From: Phoronis australis
Lineage: Eukaryota > Animalia > Phoronida
Assembly: GCA_002633005.1 (NCBI GenBank)
Contig: NMRA01000403.1
Span: 58,888-122,887, forward strand
Length of the DNA: 64,000 nt
Reading direction: 5' to 3'
This document shows, piece after piece, positions 24,734 through 37,539 of the stretch. Positions within the stretch are counted from its first letter, which is position 1. Every line of letters begins with the position of its first letter. The notes under the pieces are model-generated. The model was given only the letters and a program-made list of their open reading frames with translations, was not told the origin of the DNA and searched no databases. Position numbers and translations under genes: made by a program.

Positions 24734-27700
24734 GTCAGTAAAACTTTGTAAGCTGTCTTGTATGTTTGGTAATTAGGATCAACTCAGCTGGAACTGGGAA
24801 GCTATGACACTTCCTAATTTAAATCTGTCTAATATCCGTTGGAAGACAATTGTGCTTAGAGTAAATTACAGCATATCCACAAAAGTCTAAATTCACACTT
24901 GTCTAGACTATTTTCACCCAATGGGCACATTTTGCGAAACCAACTTTCATTATACAGTAAATGAGGCATTCCGACTTGTCAAATTTTGAATGACATTCGT
25001 TACATTTGACTTTTTGGTTGAATGCAGTTAAAGTTAATGGTGACAGTAGTAATCCATAGAATTCTAGTGTCACCATTAAGAAGTGCAACCTTTGCAGCAT
25101 ACAGGGGTCTAAAAATAGACAAGACAATATCTTTTTACCAAATTTTCCAAGTTATATTTATAAAATTTTGCATAATAAATCACAAGGCCGGGGTAAATAT
25201 GTATGACACCTTAGTACAGTCACTTCAGACAGCTTGTAAGTATAAAAACAAGTTGTCATCTGAGATAGCTATAAACGGTGTTATAAATAATGTAAATTTT
25301 AGTGACTCTGATACATGGTGGAGAAAAGTAAATAAACTCCCCTTCAATTGTACAAAAGATACAAAATTGCGTTGGTTTCAATACCGAATTATTATTTGCA
25401 TAATTTTAAAATAAAAACAAGTGATCTAGGCTCTTTCTGTGGTGAACACAGTGAAACTTTTCACCATCTCTTTTGGGAATGTCGTCTTGTCTCCGGTTTC
25501 TGGCTCCTGTTTGCTGAGTGGTTAAAACAAAGATATCATGTAAATTTTCACGTGGACAAAATAACAGTGTTTTGTGGTTTTTTGGAAAACATTCAGTGGG
25601 AAAATTGCAACATTAATCTGTTGATCATGCTTGCAAAAAATTTCATGTTTAGCCAAAAGTTTGTTACATAAATCTCAATTTCCAAATGTTCATAAACTTT
25701 ATTAAATTATATCCTGAAGAAAATATGGTACTTGTTGACTAGTGATTTAATGTTATTCTTTGTAAACGATGTATACTGTTTTGTTTTATGTCACATGTAA
25801 TTATCATGCTAGAGCTAAAGAAAAATATTTAAAAAAATGGGGACAGTAGTAAGGGTGGAATATGTAGAATGGTGGAGAGTTAATGACCAATTTATTTGCC
25901 ATTTTGTATTCTTGATGAAATGAAAAGATCTTACTGATCGAGTTAGAATGGCCCTATTGCATGCTAGATGGTGCCATACTCTGCCTACTAGTAAGCTACA
26001 TGGCAATGTCTTCCTGATATAATATGTGACCTATTTTGCATTATGCAAATAGTCCAAGCGACATTTTACTTTGAAAAGTCAACATGTTGTAGAAAAAAGA
26101 ACACGATAGCACACATTATATTATCACGTGTTAGGGTCAAGGTGGTGGAGTTGATGCCAAGGTAATTTTTGTTGGTGAAAACAATTGGGACAGAAAAAAC
26201 TTAAGGTATTTTACAAAAACATGTCAAGATAGCTTTATCGTGACCCAAGACGAGGAAAATACTCGAGACTCGCATTCCGTCTAATTTGACAGTTTTAACA
26301 TATAGCATGCTATCAGATTGTTAGATTTACAACATTAATTAGTCCGCATTAAAGTTGGTGGTTTCTAATGGCAGTCACATTTGAGTAGCGTTCAGAATTG
26401 CCTTAATAACGGGTAGTGTAATGTTTCCAGTTGGAGAAAGAGAAGAAAGCTATTAAAGACGAAATAGAGAAGTTGAGACATGAACAGAACAAGTTGTCCT
26501 ACAAAACTCAGAAGAGTGTTATTGAAGTGCGGGGACTTGAAGAGTGAGTAAGATGGAGATCATTCTGTAGACAATGTTTCTTGTGAGAAAAGCAAGGTCA
26601 TGCAAGACCTTGCAAAATATTATCATGTAAGTGTTTTGCAATAATGAAGCTCAGGAATTTACCACGCTATCTTAGCAAATTTTTGCCACTGAAGTGATCG
26701 GTGGATGAAGTTGAAGTTAGTGTTGAATCATGAGATTGGACTCATCACTGTTGTCATATCACAAGTGAACATTTTTATGCAAATACAAGCTTATGTTTTG
26801 AGGTCTACTGAATGCAGCCCGTGTTTGGCTGAATGGACTTGATCACTTAATATATAGACAGGCGTACACCAGAGTGTGTACATGGGGCCAAAGTCTTGCT
26901 TGCAGCCATGTTTTACATTGCTGTAATGGCCATTGTACTGGATCCCTTCATGTTGTATAACTTAAGAGGAGTTTACCCGCATGTCAATTGTCAAATAACT
27001 ACAAATTTTAGAGATTTTCATCAGACAGTCTTGTGTAGTAATGGTCTACTAGGTTTTTAATTGATTAAATGTCAAAGTATGTGGTAATGCATCACAGATT
27101 CTGGATTTAGATTGCCCAGGTTAGTATCTAGCCCATTGCGCACTCTGGTGACGAATTTTAGAGCAAGATTCACACACTTCATTATCCATGGTTCATGCTC
27201 AACTTAGCTGCACATGTTTGGTTTCTGTTGAAATGAATACTGTTTTCTGCTTTATGATAGGCTATCGGCAGAATACACGAACTCAATTACAGACTGACTT
27301 GGTGAATGTAGGCACCTATTGCTATGTGCAGGAATCTTGTCCCTTATCTGTATGAAGTGCGATGCCTTAAGATTTTCATCCACCAATGTTCGTAACAATA
27401 TAAGTTGCTTAATTCTCTACAATAGTTTGCACTTGCTACAAAAACATAGTAATTTGTACTATTTGCATAATATTTATCTATGGTTGAATGCCTGAATGTG
27501 AAGTCAAGTAACAGAACATGGGTGTTCAAGCTGTGTACTAATCCAAACTGATTTGACAAAGCACAAAGTTGTCATAATTAGGCAAAGCACAGTCATGTCG
27601 TAATGGCACCTCCATCAAGTGCGTAAGAGTTGAAATGATGATGTTGCTCATTCTGTGTACTGTAGTGACTATAATGAAGTCGTGATGTTGACTCCATCAT

Positions 27701-30700
27701 TGTAGTAACCAGTCAAGTCACAACATAGGCTTTGTGTATGTGATCCAACTTATGACGTTGACTACAATTCTTGACATTGACTCCATCTGTATTGTTACTA
27801 GTTAATTCATGACATTGACTGCATCTGTATATTGTTGTAACTAGACATCAACTCTATCTGTATATTATTGCCACCAGTCAATTCATGACATTAACTCCAT
27901 CTGTATATTGTTGTAACTAGTCAATTAATGACATTGACTACATCTGTATATTGTTGTAATTAGTCAATTAATGACATTGACTTCACCTGTATATTGCTGT
28001 AACTAGTCAATTAATGACATTGACTACATCTGTATATTGTTGTAATTAGTCAATTAATGACATTGACTTCACCTGTATATTGCTGTAACAAGTCAAGTCA
28101 TGACACTGACTCCATCACTCTGTATACTACAGGCACAGGTTAACTCAAGCTGTTGACTCCACACTGTTTTTGCAGTCACAGGGCAAGTCAGGAGGTTGAT
28201 CCCCAATTACAAAAGGAGTTAGAAGACCTCGAGGCTAGACATCGACAAGAAATAGAACAGCTACAAAAACAGTTTGATGATGACTGTGACGAGTTGAGAA
28301 AGGTAAGTTAATGAGTGGCATGCTGCTGGAGGCTTCTAAGAACTGCCCATTTTGACCTTGGCCTTCCCTTCAGTCCCTGGCAAAGAGGTTTTAGGGAAAA
28401 TTTAACGTCAGCAAAACATGTACCATAATGTTGAATTGGTCAAAGAAAATACAACTTACCTCAAACACAAAGCTTTGGCTAAGAAAGTTAGGTACTTGTT
28501 TTATGAAGTGACAGGGCTTTGTCTTTCCAGTGAATGGGGTTACTGTTTGGGGTTACTGGCTTCCCGAAATTGGGCCACATCAGTTAGACTTATATTGTCG
28601 AATTATGGATTCCACGAAGTTTGGTTAAATCAAGGCGTTGTGTGTGAAAATACTTTTCTGCTAGTTTTTAGGCAGTGAATAAGGAATTGTTATTTGCAGG
28701 GATGGAGACAAAATGTTGAGAGTAATCCTAAACTGTGTAATTTTAACTATTTATAATCAATTTAAAAAGGAATTCAAATTGGAAATTTTTTAAGTTTGAG
28801 TATAACCATGCACAAATTATGTCATGGCACGTTTTCATTGTTCCAGCCACATTCTTGTGATTGAAGTAGGCAGGCTCTTGAATTTGGATAGGGCAAACAG
28901 AGTGTGTCCCTTCTGCCCCAATGTTGTAGAAGACGAGTATCATTTCCTACTAAACTGTGATAAATATTTTGAACTGAGAGAAAATTATATTGAAGTGTAC
29001 TTCTGGAATTTTCTGTCTTTGTTAAAGTTCAATAGATTGATGTCAACAACTGATGATGCTAAATTAATTTAGTCAATCTATGTAAATATTTATTTTATGC
29101 TTTTCGTCTCTGTGATAGGTTGCTGCACTCTTAAGTATGTTGCATGTTGTTCTTTTGTACAATGAGCCTATGGCCTTTATTACAGAAATATTTATTACAG
29201 AAATAAATTGATTGATTGACAAAAATGTTCTGTAACTTCATTTTCACTAGCCATATTTTTGTCTGTTTAGTTTGCCATACCTTTCCCATATCAGAAAATT
29301 TCTGGTTCATGTAAGGATATGTAGGGGCTTATCTACAAGTCTGTCTATTTTGTCAAATATCTTGGAAATTATAGAAATTAAGGTCCTATGTAGGGATGAT
29401 ATTTGTAACTATCTTCGATAATCTCTCCTAGTCTTTTCACGAGTAGTTTTAAATTACATAATCACTTAATTTTTGTAATTCTGATTATCTGTAACACTGT
29501 ATTTTTTATTCTCTGGTGGCTCCGTGGTCAGCGGACCTTTCGGGTCCTTCACGGAGTCTCCATAAGCGTAAATCTGCATCAAGTGTTTTTTTTTGTCTTA
29601 ACGTGAATAAAGTGTATTACTACTGCTACTACTACTACGTTTCTGAGCCAGTAAAGAACATGATTGTGTTGCTATTGTCCAGCAAAACAGAGAGTCAGAG
29701 GATGCAATGACGGAGCTGTGTCAAAGGGAGAAGTTCTTGGAAACGGAAGTTAAGAAACTTGACGAAAGCAAAGGGAAGGCAAAGAAGAGAATAGACGAGC
29801 TCCACACCCAACTGAAAGGTCTAGAACTGAAGTTGAATGCCAAGAAACGGGGCAGTATCCTTGGTGGAGTGTGTAAGGTAGAGTTGATGTGTACGGGCAT
29901 TCAACTCATATCATGGTACTGGTGTAATGGCTATGTGCAGTTGAACACGTTGCAACTACCCATTGAAAATCTCAATAACACAGCTGTTTCTCAGTCTGTA
30001 GTGACTCAAATGGGAGCCCAGCCACAATTTTTGAAGGAAAAATTCCGGGTCACTGCTAAAAGCGGTACTTATCTCAGTGGTATTATTTGTTTTTGTTTTA
30101 TCATCCTATCCAGTAGGGAGGGGAGGGCTAAATCCACCTACACTGGTTTGAGCTGAATCTCGCATGGATACATGCATTTGAGAGAGGTAGAGGTCTTTTA
30201 AACTTTTTTAATCATAAGAATTTCTTGTAGTCCTTATGTTCATCTCTTGACAAACTACCTGGTTGAATTTTTGGAGATACTGTCTGATTGTACAGTGGCG
30301 TCAGAACCAATTTGGATTGAAATACGTAAAATGACTCGATATCCTTTTAGGTTATCTACCCATACTTAATGTCGGATTCTCCCAAACAGGCCTCAGACAG
30401 TTTTGTGCAACATTTCATACCGTATATCCAGAAATAGTTGCATGCACCCAAAACCAAGAGAACATTGTTTAAAATATTGCTGGAGTGAAACTTCACTTTA
30501 ACTGTTACAAAATGATAGATGCAGTCATGCTTCCAATTTAGCACTCAGAATAGTTTAAGACATTAACATCAGAGGGGATAAATGTCTGCGCTTGTAAAGG
30601 AAGAGACATGACGTGAATGCACATGCAAAACACAAGCAAAATCTTTCCTGTGAAAAAGCCATTTTTTCGGATACGGGCACAAACTGGGCTTAAGTATGCT

Positions 30701-33700
30701 CATGTCCATTTGATTAACATGTCATACATAGTGTTTCATTGTTTCAGGCCAGTTGTGATCATGAGAAGACTCTAGAGCTACTGAATAGTCGAGTAAAGGA
30801 GATGGAGATTGTGAACACAGAGCTGATGGTGGAGAATGAAACTGCCAAACAACAAGTGGACATTCTGCTCAGTGATTGGACAGTTCGAGAGGCAGAGTTG
30901 TCACAAGCTGAGGAGGACTTTAAGCAAAGGGTGAGTTTCAATAACGTTTTTTCTGTCTTTTTTGCGTTCTTTTTGGCAGAATCCAAAATTTCGTGACGTT
31001 TCACCAAATGTTATTGGCTCACATGATGCACAAAAAATTGTCTTTGGGACAGATTTTTTAAGGGTGCTGATGGGTATCATAGCTGCTGTGGAAATGTGAT
31101 ACTTTTTATGCGCCCACATATTTATATGTGGACGCATTATCGCCAAAATCCTTTGACATACGTTCATGAAATTTGGCACATATGTTCCATTCATGAATGG
31201 GACGGCATGTGCGAACTTTCGGATGCATCCGACTACTGGTGTGCCCCCTAGTGGCAATTTTAGTTTTTTACGCTTACGTTTGTATCTTTAAAAGTCCTGA
31301 ACGCATTTTCATGAAATTTAGTGTGTAGGCACCTATTAGTGAGGTGACGCTATCCTCCAGTTTTCAGATGGATTCAACATAGTTTACGCCACCTAGTGGC
31401 CATTTTTAGTGTTTTCGAGTCTATTTTTGTGCGTCCACCCCTCTATCAACCAACCCGCTCAAAGGGTGATTGTGAAAATTGGCATGTGTGTGCTTACTAT
31501 AAAGAGGACAGCTGACAATGATTTTCAGACGATTTGGACTACTGTGGCACCTCCTAGTGGCAGTTTTGTTTTTTTTGCGCCTATGGCTGTATCTCCTAAA
31601 CCGTTCGCAGGATCTTTACGAAATTGATTCATATGATGTTAACAATGAAAGATCACGACTTTTGGACGGATTCGACTACTGGTGTGCCCCCTAGTGGCAA
31701 TTTTAATTTTTTTACGCTTTCCTTTGTATCTTCACAAGTCCTTATTGGATTTTCATGAAATTTGGTATGTAGGCACCTATTAGTGAGATGACGCTATCCT
31801 CCCGTTTTCAGATGGATTCGACATAGTTTGCGCCACCTAGTGGCCATTTTTACTGTTTTCGAGTCTGTATTTTTGCGTCCACCCCTCTATCAACCAAACT
31901 GCTCAAAGGATGATTGTGAAAATTGGCGTGTATGTGCTTACTATAAGGAAGACAGCTGACAATGATTTTCAGACGATTTGGACTACTGTGGCGCCTCCTA
32001 GTGGCAGTTTTGTTTTTTTTTGCGCCCATGGCTGTATCTCCCAAACCGTTTGCAGGATCTTTACTAAATTTAGCAAGTGTATTTATGTGATGTTGACAAC
32101 GGACGATGACGACTTTAGGATGATTCTGACTACCGGTATGCCTCTAGTGGCAATTTTAGTATTTTACATTGACCTCTGTATTTTCATAGGTCTTCAGGTG
32201 TATACTTTGTGTTACTTCGTGACTATGAAGGAAAAGTTCCAAGTAGAAATTTGTTTCTGGCATTCTAATGCTGTGCTAATCTCGTATGTTGGTAAATTTG
32301 TTTTTAATTCTATGTTTCTGTGGTGCTTTAAGCAACTGATGTATAGGATTTGCTTGTATTATGAAGATCACTCACATTTTGCCCCTAGCCTATTGAGGAG
32401 ACAATGACCATGCCTTTCCATTTTGCAAAGTACAACATACTACATATATGCCCTCTACTGGCCACTTTATGGTACCAATAAACAACCCTAGAAGGATACA
32501 GTATACGGTGCAATTGTGGGTGCATTTCAACGCTCTGCGTTGCTCTTGTTTGATGTTCCTGTGATAGTCTCAGGCGTTCATTTAACATTTGGTACAATCA
32601 CAAGACCCGTGGACTCTTCTTTCTCTCTCATTACTTTCCTTTTTGTAATAAAGTGCCGTCCAAACGCAGACTTACCCTAGTACACGTTACTCCTGGAATG
32701 ATTGATGAGTTCTCGCTAGGTTTGAGTGCTGTGTGGATGCTATAATTTAAACTAGCGCAATTTACTTCACTTGTGACACTTTATTGAGATATGGTAACTT
32801 GTTCAAGGGTAGCCTGCACCCCTTGTAATTGCTGTGTGACTGAAAACCTGGGGTAAGGCAGAAATAATTATCTGCTGCAGTTTCATTCAGATGGGTCTTC
32901 TTTTGTGTATCGTATTCGCATCAGCTGTACATTGTCATACACAGAATGACAACATATTATGCCTTACACTAGTTCTTGGATAAAGTGGGGCAATTTGCAC
33001 TAAGTGCAAGTTGTTCTATGGCAAGCTGTGTGTGGATGGGACTTTAAATAGGACCTACTTAGGGTAACCACAAATTTGTAATCAGTCAGCACCATTTTGA
33101 TTCAGCGAATGGGTGTATAAAAGTGGGGCGATTTCTAGACCAGTCTCTTAACAAGCTAGCTTGTCTTGATTAATTTTTGCACTGCACGTGGCCTCGGGCA
33201 TTAATGAACTGTCAGGGTTTTTTTTATAAGTCCAGAAACCGCTATACTCATCTGAGTTGGGCCAAAGTTGAGAAGTTTAATCATGAGGTGTAAGTCAAGT
33301 CAAGCTTAGTTTAAATTCTCTCAATCGATGAAACGCTAGTTTGCAGCAATTTTAATTTCTGCATCCCATTCAGTAAGAACAAAGATATAGAATACAAGAT
33401 CTTTGAAATGTGCTGAAAACTTTGAACTTGTAGAAAAATCTTTTAAACTGGTCGCTGTTGAATTCTGTTGATTCTTTGTTTGTTCTTTCAAATGACTACA
33501 CTCAATGTGGTTACGCGGTGGTTTCGTCCAATAATTAATGCTGGCAGTAGCAGTCTGTGTCTACCATGTTTAATACAATGCATTGTTTCTCCTATTGTAG
33601 TTGCAAAACAAATGGCAGGAAAGATATCGCAAGTGGATGGAGACAACAGAAGCCAAAATAGTAGAGCTGCAACGAGCCAACCAAGTATTGTGAGTAGTTT

Positions 33701-34775
33701 ATATGCTGCAACACGTTTTTATTGACTGAAAACAATAGGGAACTATGTGTGCTGTAGGCTACATGCTTTGATAGTATTGAATACATGGTAAAAACTCGCT
33801 GAAATCAGTAGGGTTTTGAAGTTAGTTTGCTTAACTGCACCATGGCGAGGTCGTCCTTTTTATGCCTGGTAAAAACTGTAGTTTTTAGTCATTCACCTTG
33901 ACAAACAAGATACCCGAGGTCCACACTTTGTAATAGATTTCTATTTCCATCACCAATAAGAGCACTGAAACCATTAGCAACTCAAGAAAATGATTTGGAG
34001 TTTATTGGGGATGGCCAACCCTAAAATTGCGAATTAAAAACCGGCTCATGTAGGCATTGCCCTTGACTTGAGTTGTTAACAACTGAAATAGATTCCTATC
34101 ACAATAACGAATATTAAGAGACTAATTTATGTCGAGACTAAGAAATAATTCTTTTTTGTTTATTGCCAGTTAAATGACGAAAATGCCACTTTTATATCAA
34201 AAGTATTTTGAACCAGTATTTTGTTGAGCTGCTTGAATTTAAATAGCTTTTTCTCAAACTAGAGCATTGTCTTATTAGTGTCAGCCAGTCCGAGTACAGT
34301 AGTTTTCAAGGTAGACACAATGCCTCTGTCAACCTTTCACAAACATCTTGGCCAGAATAGTCTGGCAGTATCCAAACTTTGGTCCTAATAAAATAATGCT
34401 TGAAGAGACACCAGTCGAGATTTAGCCAGAATTGAAACATGACCTTTGTTGAATTTCGACCTTGTACAGTTGATTTTCAAAACTACTGCAAGTTCTGTGC
34501 TCTCACTTTTCCATTTTTATAATTGTCCCCAATGGGCATGATGCCTGCTGAATTCCCATCCCCCCTTGGTACATAATGATTTTCCATTTGATGCAATAGT
34601 GACTCAGGTGTTCAGGTGCTTGTTTTGTGCGACTTACACAAAGCACCACACTTGAAAAAATATTAAATACGTAAAGCATCCCAACTTAGTCAAAATGTCT
34701 AGAAAAGGAAAAGGTAACGTTCCTCTATTAAAAAAGAACTCTCATTGCAGACGGAGAATGCTGAATCCAGACTGA
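24683..34775 (+). CDS. Uncharacterised coiled-coil protein, 260 aa, 7 coding exons
   Basis: Exons 24683-24733, 26431-26543, 28176-28302, 29683-29877, 30748-30930, 33601-33689 and 34751-34775 total 783 nt. All junctions are GT-AG and phase-compatible (0,2,0,0,0,2). Translation MPSYAEENVVLREKIAELEKEKKAIKDEIEKLRHEQ...LQNKWQERYRKWMETTEAKIVELQRANQVLRRMLNPD* is E/K/Q/L heptad-rich throughout. Confidence 0.8.
25020..25720 (+). mobile_element. Tx1/L1-clade LINE ORF2 3' fragment (zf-RVT region), intronic and degenerate
   Basis: DTKLRWFQYRII and SFCGEHSETFHHLFWECRLVSGFW zinc-knuckle-like motif, with a frameshift. Confidence 0.75.
26431..26543 (+). CDS. Coiled-coil gene, coding exon 2 (LEKEKKAIKDEIEKLRHEQNKLSYKTQKSVIEVRGLE)
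   Basis: tttccag| acceptor, GA|gtgagt donor, open frame. Confidence 0.8.
27640..28115 (+). repeat. 43-bp intronic minisatellite (about 8-10 units, degrading leftwards)
   Basis: Unit gacattgactacatctgtatattgttgtaattagtcaattaat starts at 27930, 27973, 28016 and onward. Confidence 0.85.
28176..28302 (+). CDS. Coiled-coil gene, coding exon 3 (HRASQEVDPQLQKELEDLEARHRQEIEQLQKQFDDDCDELRK)
   Basis: tttttgcag| acceptor, AAG|gtaagt donor; phase matches exon 2. Confidence 0.85.
28520..29219 (+). mobile_element. 5'-truncated LINE 3' fragment (CCHC-type C-terminus) with AATAAA-(ATTG)n tail
   Basis: NWATSVRLILSNYGFHEVWLNQGV and RVCPFCPNVVEDEYHFLLNCDKY; ends in aataaattgattgattga. Confidence 0.75.
29490..29638 (+). 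mobile_element. LINE/SINE 3' tail with stem-loop and (TAC)n tail
   Basis: Hairpin ctccgtg...ggacctttcgggtcc...cacggag, then aataaa and tactactgctactactactac. Confidence 0.5.
29683..29877 (+). CDS. Coiled-coil gene, coding exon 4 (QNRESEDAMTELCQREKFLETEVKK...GGVCK)
   Basis: gtccag| acceptor, AAG|gtagag donor, 195 nt open. Confidence 0.8.
30748..30930 (+). CDS. Coiled-coil gene, coding exon 5 (ASCDHEKTLELLNSRVKEMEIV...AEEDFKQR)
   Basis: gtttcag| acceptor, AGG|gtgagt donor, 183 nt open. Confidence 0.85.
31040..32190 (+). repeat. Tandem repeat: ~444-bp higher-order unit made of ~140-160-bp subunits, each ending in a CTCF-like motif
   Basis: (g/a)YgccNcctagtggc motifs end at 31255, 31400, 31561, 31698, 31844, 32005 and 32151; 31230-31673 is nearly identical to 31674-32117. 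Confidence 0.85.
32652..33045. mobile_element. Harbinger-like MITE, copy 1 (copy 2 at 54911-55217)
   Basis: gacttaccctagtacacgttactcctggaa...gctaggtttg...gtgtggatgctat is shared with 54927-54995; the right end gctgtgtgtggatgggactttaa is inverted relative to the left end. Confidence 0.6.
33601..33689 (+). CDS. Coiled-coil gene, coding exon 6 (LQNKWQERYRKWMETTEAKIVELQRANQV)
   Basis: cctattgtag| acceptor, TT|gtgagt donor. Confidence 0.85.
34751..34775 (+). CDS. Coiled-coil gene, terminal coding exon (RRMLNPD*)
   Basis: cattgcag| acceptor; phase 2 completes Leu; TGA at 34773-34775. Short, so less certain. Confidence 0.55.
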
Positions 34776-35344
34776 GAAGAAAGTAATCCATTTCAAGTTA
34801 AATCACTGTCACCAGATGTCACTAGTCTCTGCCTTGATTGCCTGAAACGGCATGGTCAACAGATTGTTTTGCTGTTGTAATATTTCAACATTCTGTCCAG
34901 ATAATGCGCTGCATGTTACAGAAATTGTGATGTTCTTGTGTTCGATTCACATAATTCCAATATTTTCAAGATTGGCACAATGTGGTTTTAGCAACACCAT
35001 AAATGTGCTATATTCTTACCTTGTGGCTGTCATGTAAAAAATGGTTTGAACAACTCTACATGTACCTGAACAGTCAGGCATTGTGGGAAACTTGCACCTT
35101 CTGTCAAAACTAATTAGTCCACTTAACATGATTTTTAGTTTTGAGAAAACTGACAGCTCATTGTTTGCTTCAGACAATGTACATCATGCTGCTCGTTATG
35201 TTTAGACGCCAGGGCATCATGGCTGTCTGGAAAGGCGATTTAGCAAATCTCAAATCAGTCATGTGATAAGTTACTGTTGCTGTGGTAAAGCAAATATGCC
35301 TGTAGCAAAAGTGAAGGTTTTTACATCAGAGCACATTTTATAGC

Positions 35345-37425
35345 GAAAACCCGGTAAGCCCAGAGAATTTTTAAAAAATGGGCATCCCATTTCTTTGTTA
35401 AATATAAACTATAAAATTTTGTCATCATGTTTAGCGCAAAAACTGAAAAAAGTTCTTGAAAATTTGATTAACCCAGTTCAAACAGGTTTTTTATCTGGGT
35501 GATTTATTGGTGAGAACACCAGAATTCTTTTTTGACATTTTGCATTATACGGACTCGCATGTTTGGGTTTGGAGACATTTTTTGTGAAAGGATGAAATGT
35601 TAATTGAAAACACAGCTTTGTGTCATTCAAAATGGCGTTGCCTCTGACATTTTCAAAGTTGAACGAGGGTGCAAAAAGGGACCCAATCTCGCCTTACTTG
35701 TTTGAGCCTTGCGCTGAAATCTTGGGCTACATGTTTAGAGTTAATAATGAAGTAATGGGAATTAATTGTGGACCTAGAGAGGTAAAAACTCTACAGTATG
35801 CCGATGATACCACAATTGTAATCGATGGTTCTGAAACGTCTCTTAAAAAGGCTCTGGATCTTCTGGACCAATTTGCTAAGTATTCAGGTCTTAAACCTAA
35901 TATTGAAAAAACCGAGTGTATATGGATTGGAACCAGGAAGTATGGTACATGGATACCTGATTTTGCAAAAACTTTAAAATGGTCAAAAACAGCAGCTTTG
36001 GGGATTACATTTAGTGTAAATCTAGACGACATGATTGGTTTGAACTTTAATGCAAAACTTTGTGATATTCAGAATATGCTCTTGGTCCAGAATATACCTC
36101 AATGTTCTGGGAAAAATTAGTGTGGTGAAATCTTCAGTATTGCCAAAGCTTACACATCTTTTCTCAAGTCTTCCATCATCATAGGACGATTTTATCACAA
36201 CTGGAGAAAATGTTTTCTGTTTATTTGGAGTAACAAAATAAGATAAAATTTCTCATAAGACAATGGTTTTGAATTATAAAAATTGTGGTCTCAGCATGGT
36301 TCATTTAGTTTCCTTTATCAAAGCTCTTAAAGTAACATAATGGTTAAAAAAGGTTATAAATGGATAAAATAATTCAGCCTGTTTAGATATTTTGCAAAAT
36401 TCAGGTTAATTTGATACTGAAAAGATGTTCAATGGAGGAAACTATTTTTTTTTAAATCGTAGCCCAGTTCACATGGCATCTGTTTTGGAAGGATGCGTGT
36501 GTTTCAGAGTTTGGTTCGATATTAAGCGAGGTCAGAGAAGATGACAGGATACTGTCCCTTCCTTTTTTGCAGACAATTTTGGTTTTAAACCTTTTGTACA
36601 CTTTATTGCGAAGTGAAAAATTGCTTGAAATTAACTTTCAAGAGCATATCGTTTTCAAGTGCAAAAGTGTCTCAACCAGTTATCCCACAACTCTGGCAAA
36701 TTGTGGCAAAAAATTCGAAAGGTATGTGATATATATGTTTTTTTGACAGCTTTGTTTCAAAAACCAAAAGGATTAGAAAAATGGGAAAATACTTTTGGTT
36801 TTTGCAAGATCAATGACCGAATGGAAGTTATGTTTTCAAACTTGTTTTTTGTACTTCAAATGGTTTCAAATGAAAATTTTTCATAGAATTTTAGCAACAA
36901 ACAATTTTTTGATGCGAATTGGTATTTTTCATACTGACCGATGTACCTTTTGTAGGAATGAACCTGAAAGAATTTAGTTTAGAACATTTATTTTTCGGTT
37001 GCACTTTTGTTAAGCCTTTCTGGAATAAGTGATTATTATATTCATGCAAAAAATGTTGATATATTGATAGAGTTGCAGATTGTTATGTTTGGTAAAATTG
37101 GAAAAGCTAATGAATTGTTGAATATTATCATTCTTTTAGCCAATTTTATAAGAAAGCTGAAACTAGAGCCTCCACTTTTCAAAAAAGAATTACACACATT
37201 CCAAAAATATAATTATTGTAAAAATGGATTAGTAGACATATTTCCCCAAAGATGGTCTGTTTTTTTTCCTATTTTAAAAGAAACTACAAATTTGGTATTC
37301 AAGTAGTTTGTGAAATTGAGTTCTCGGTGAAATGTGTGCGTGTGCGTGGGTGTGATGTGTCTTTAGAGATTTCTGTCATTGTACTGAACTGTACTGTTAT
37401 TATTGCAATAAATGTTAAAAAATAT
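35345..37425 (+). mobile_element. Degenerate Tx1/L1-clade non-LTR retrotransposon ORF2 (RT plus C-terminal zinc finger)
   Basis: PISLLNINYKILSSCLAQKLKKVLENLINPVQTGF, DPISPYLF, QYADD, SGLKPN, ILATNNFLMRIG..DRCTFC; many stops and frameshifts; aataaa and A-rich end near 37407-37422. Confidence 0.9.
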
Positions 37426-37539
37426 ATTGCGGCTTTAAATGTTTGTCCAAGCTAAATCTTCCTTTTTGCACATTTACATTAAACTGTAGTAGAACTGATT
37501 TAATGGAATATGTCAAGCAAAAACAAAGGGAAATTTTTT

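Noticed and set aside
27261-27307. Exon-like segment (tag|gctatc...gtgaat|gtaggc) in the coiled-coil gene
   Set aside because: It introduces a stop in the incoming phase, and exons 2 and 3 already join in frame. A poison exon cannot be supported without reads.
31409-32407. ORFs of 72 and 165 aa sharing peptide sequence
   Set aside because: By-products of the tandem repeat; no protein-like features.
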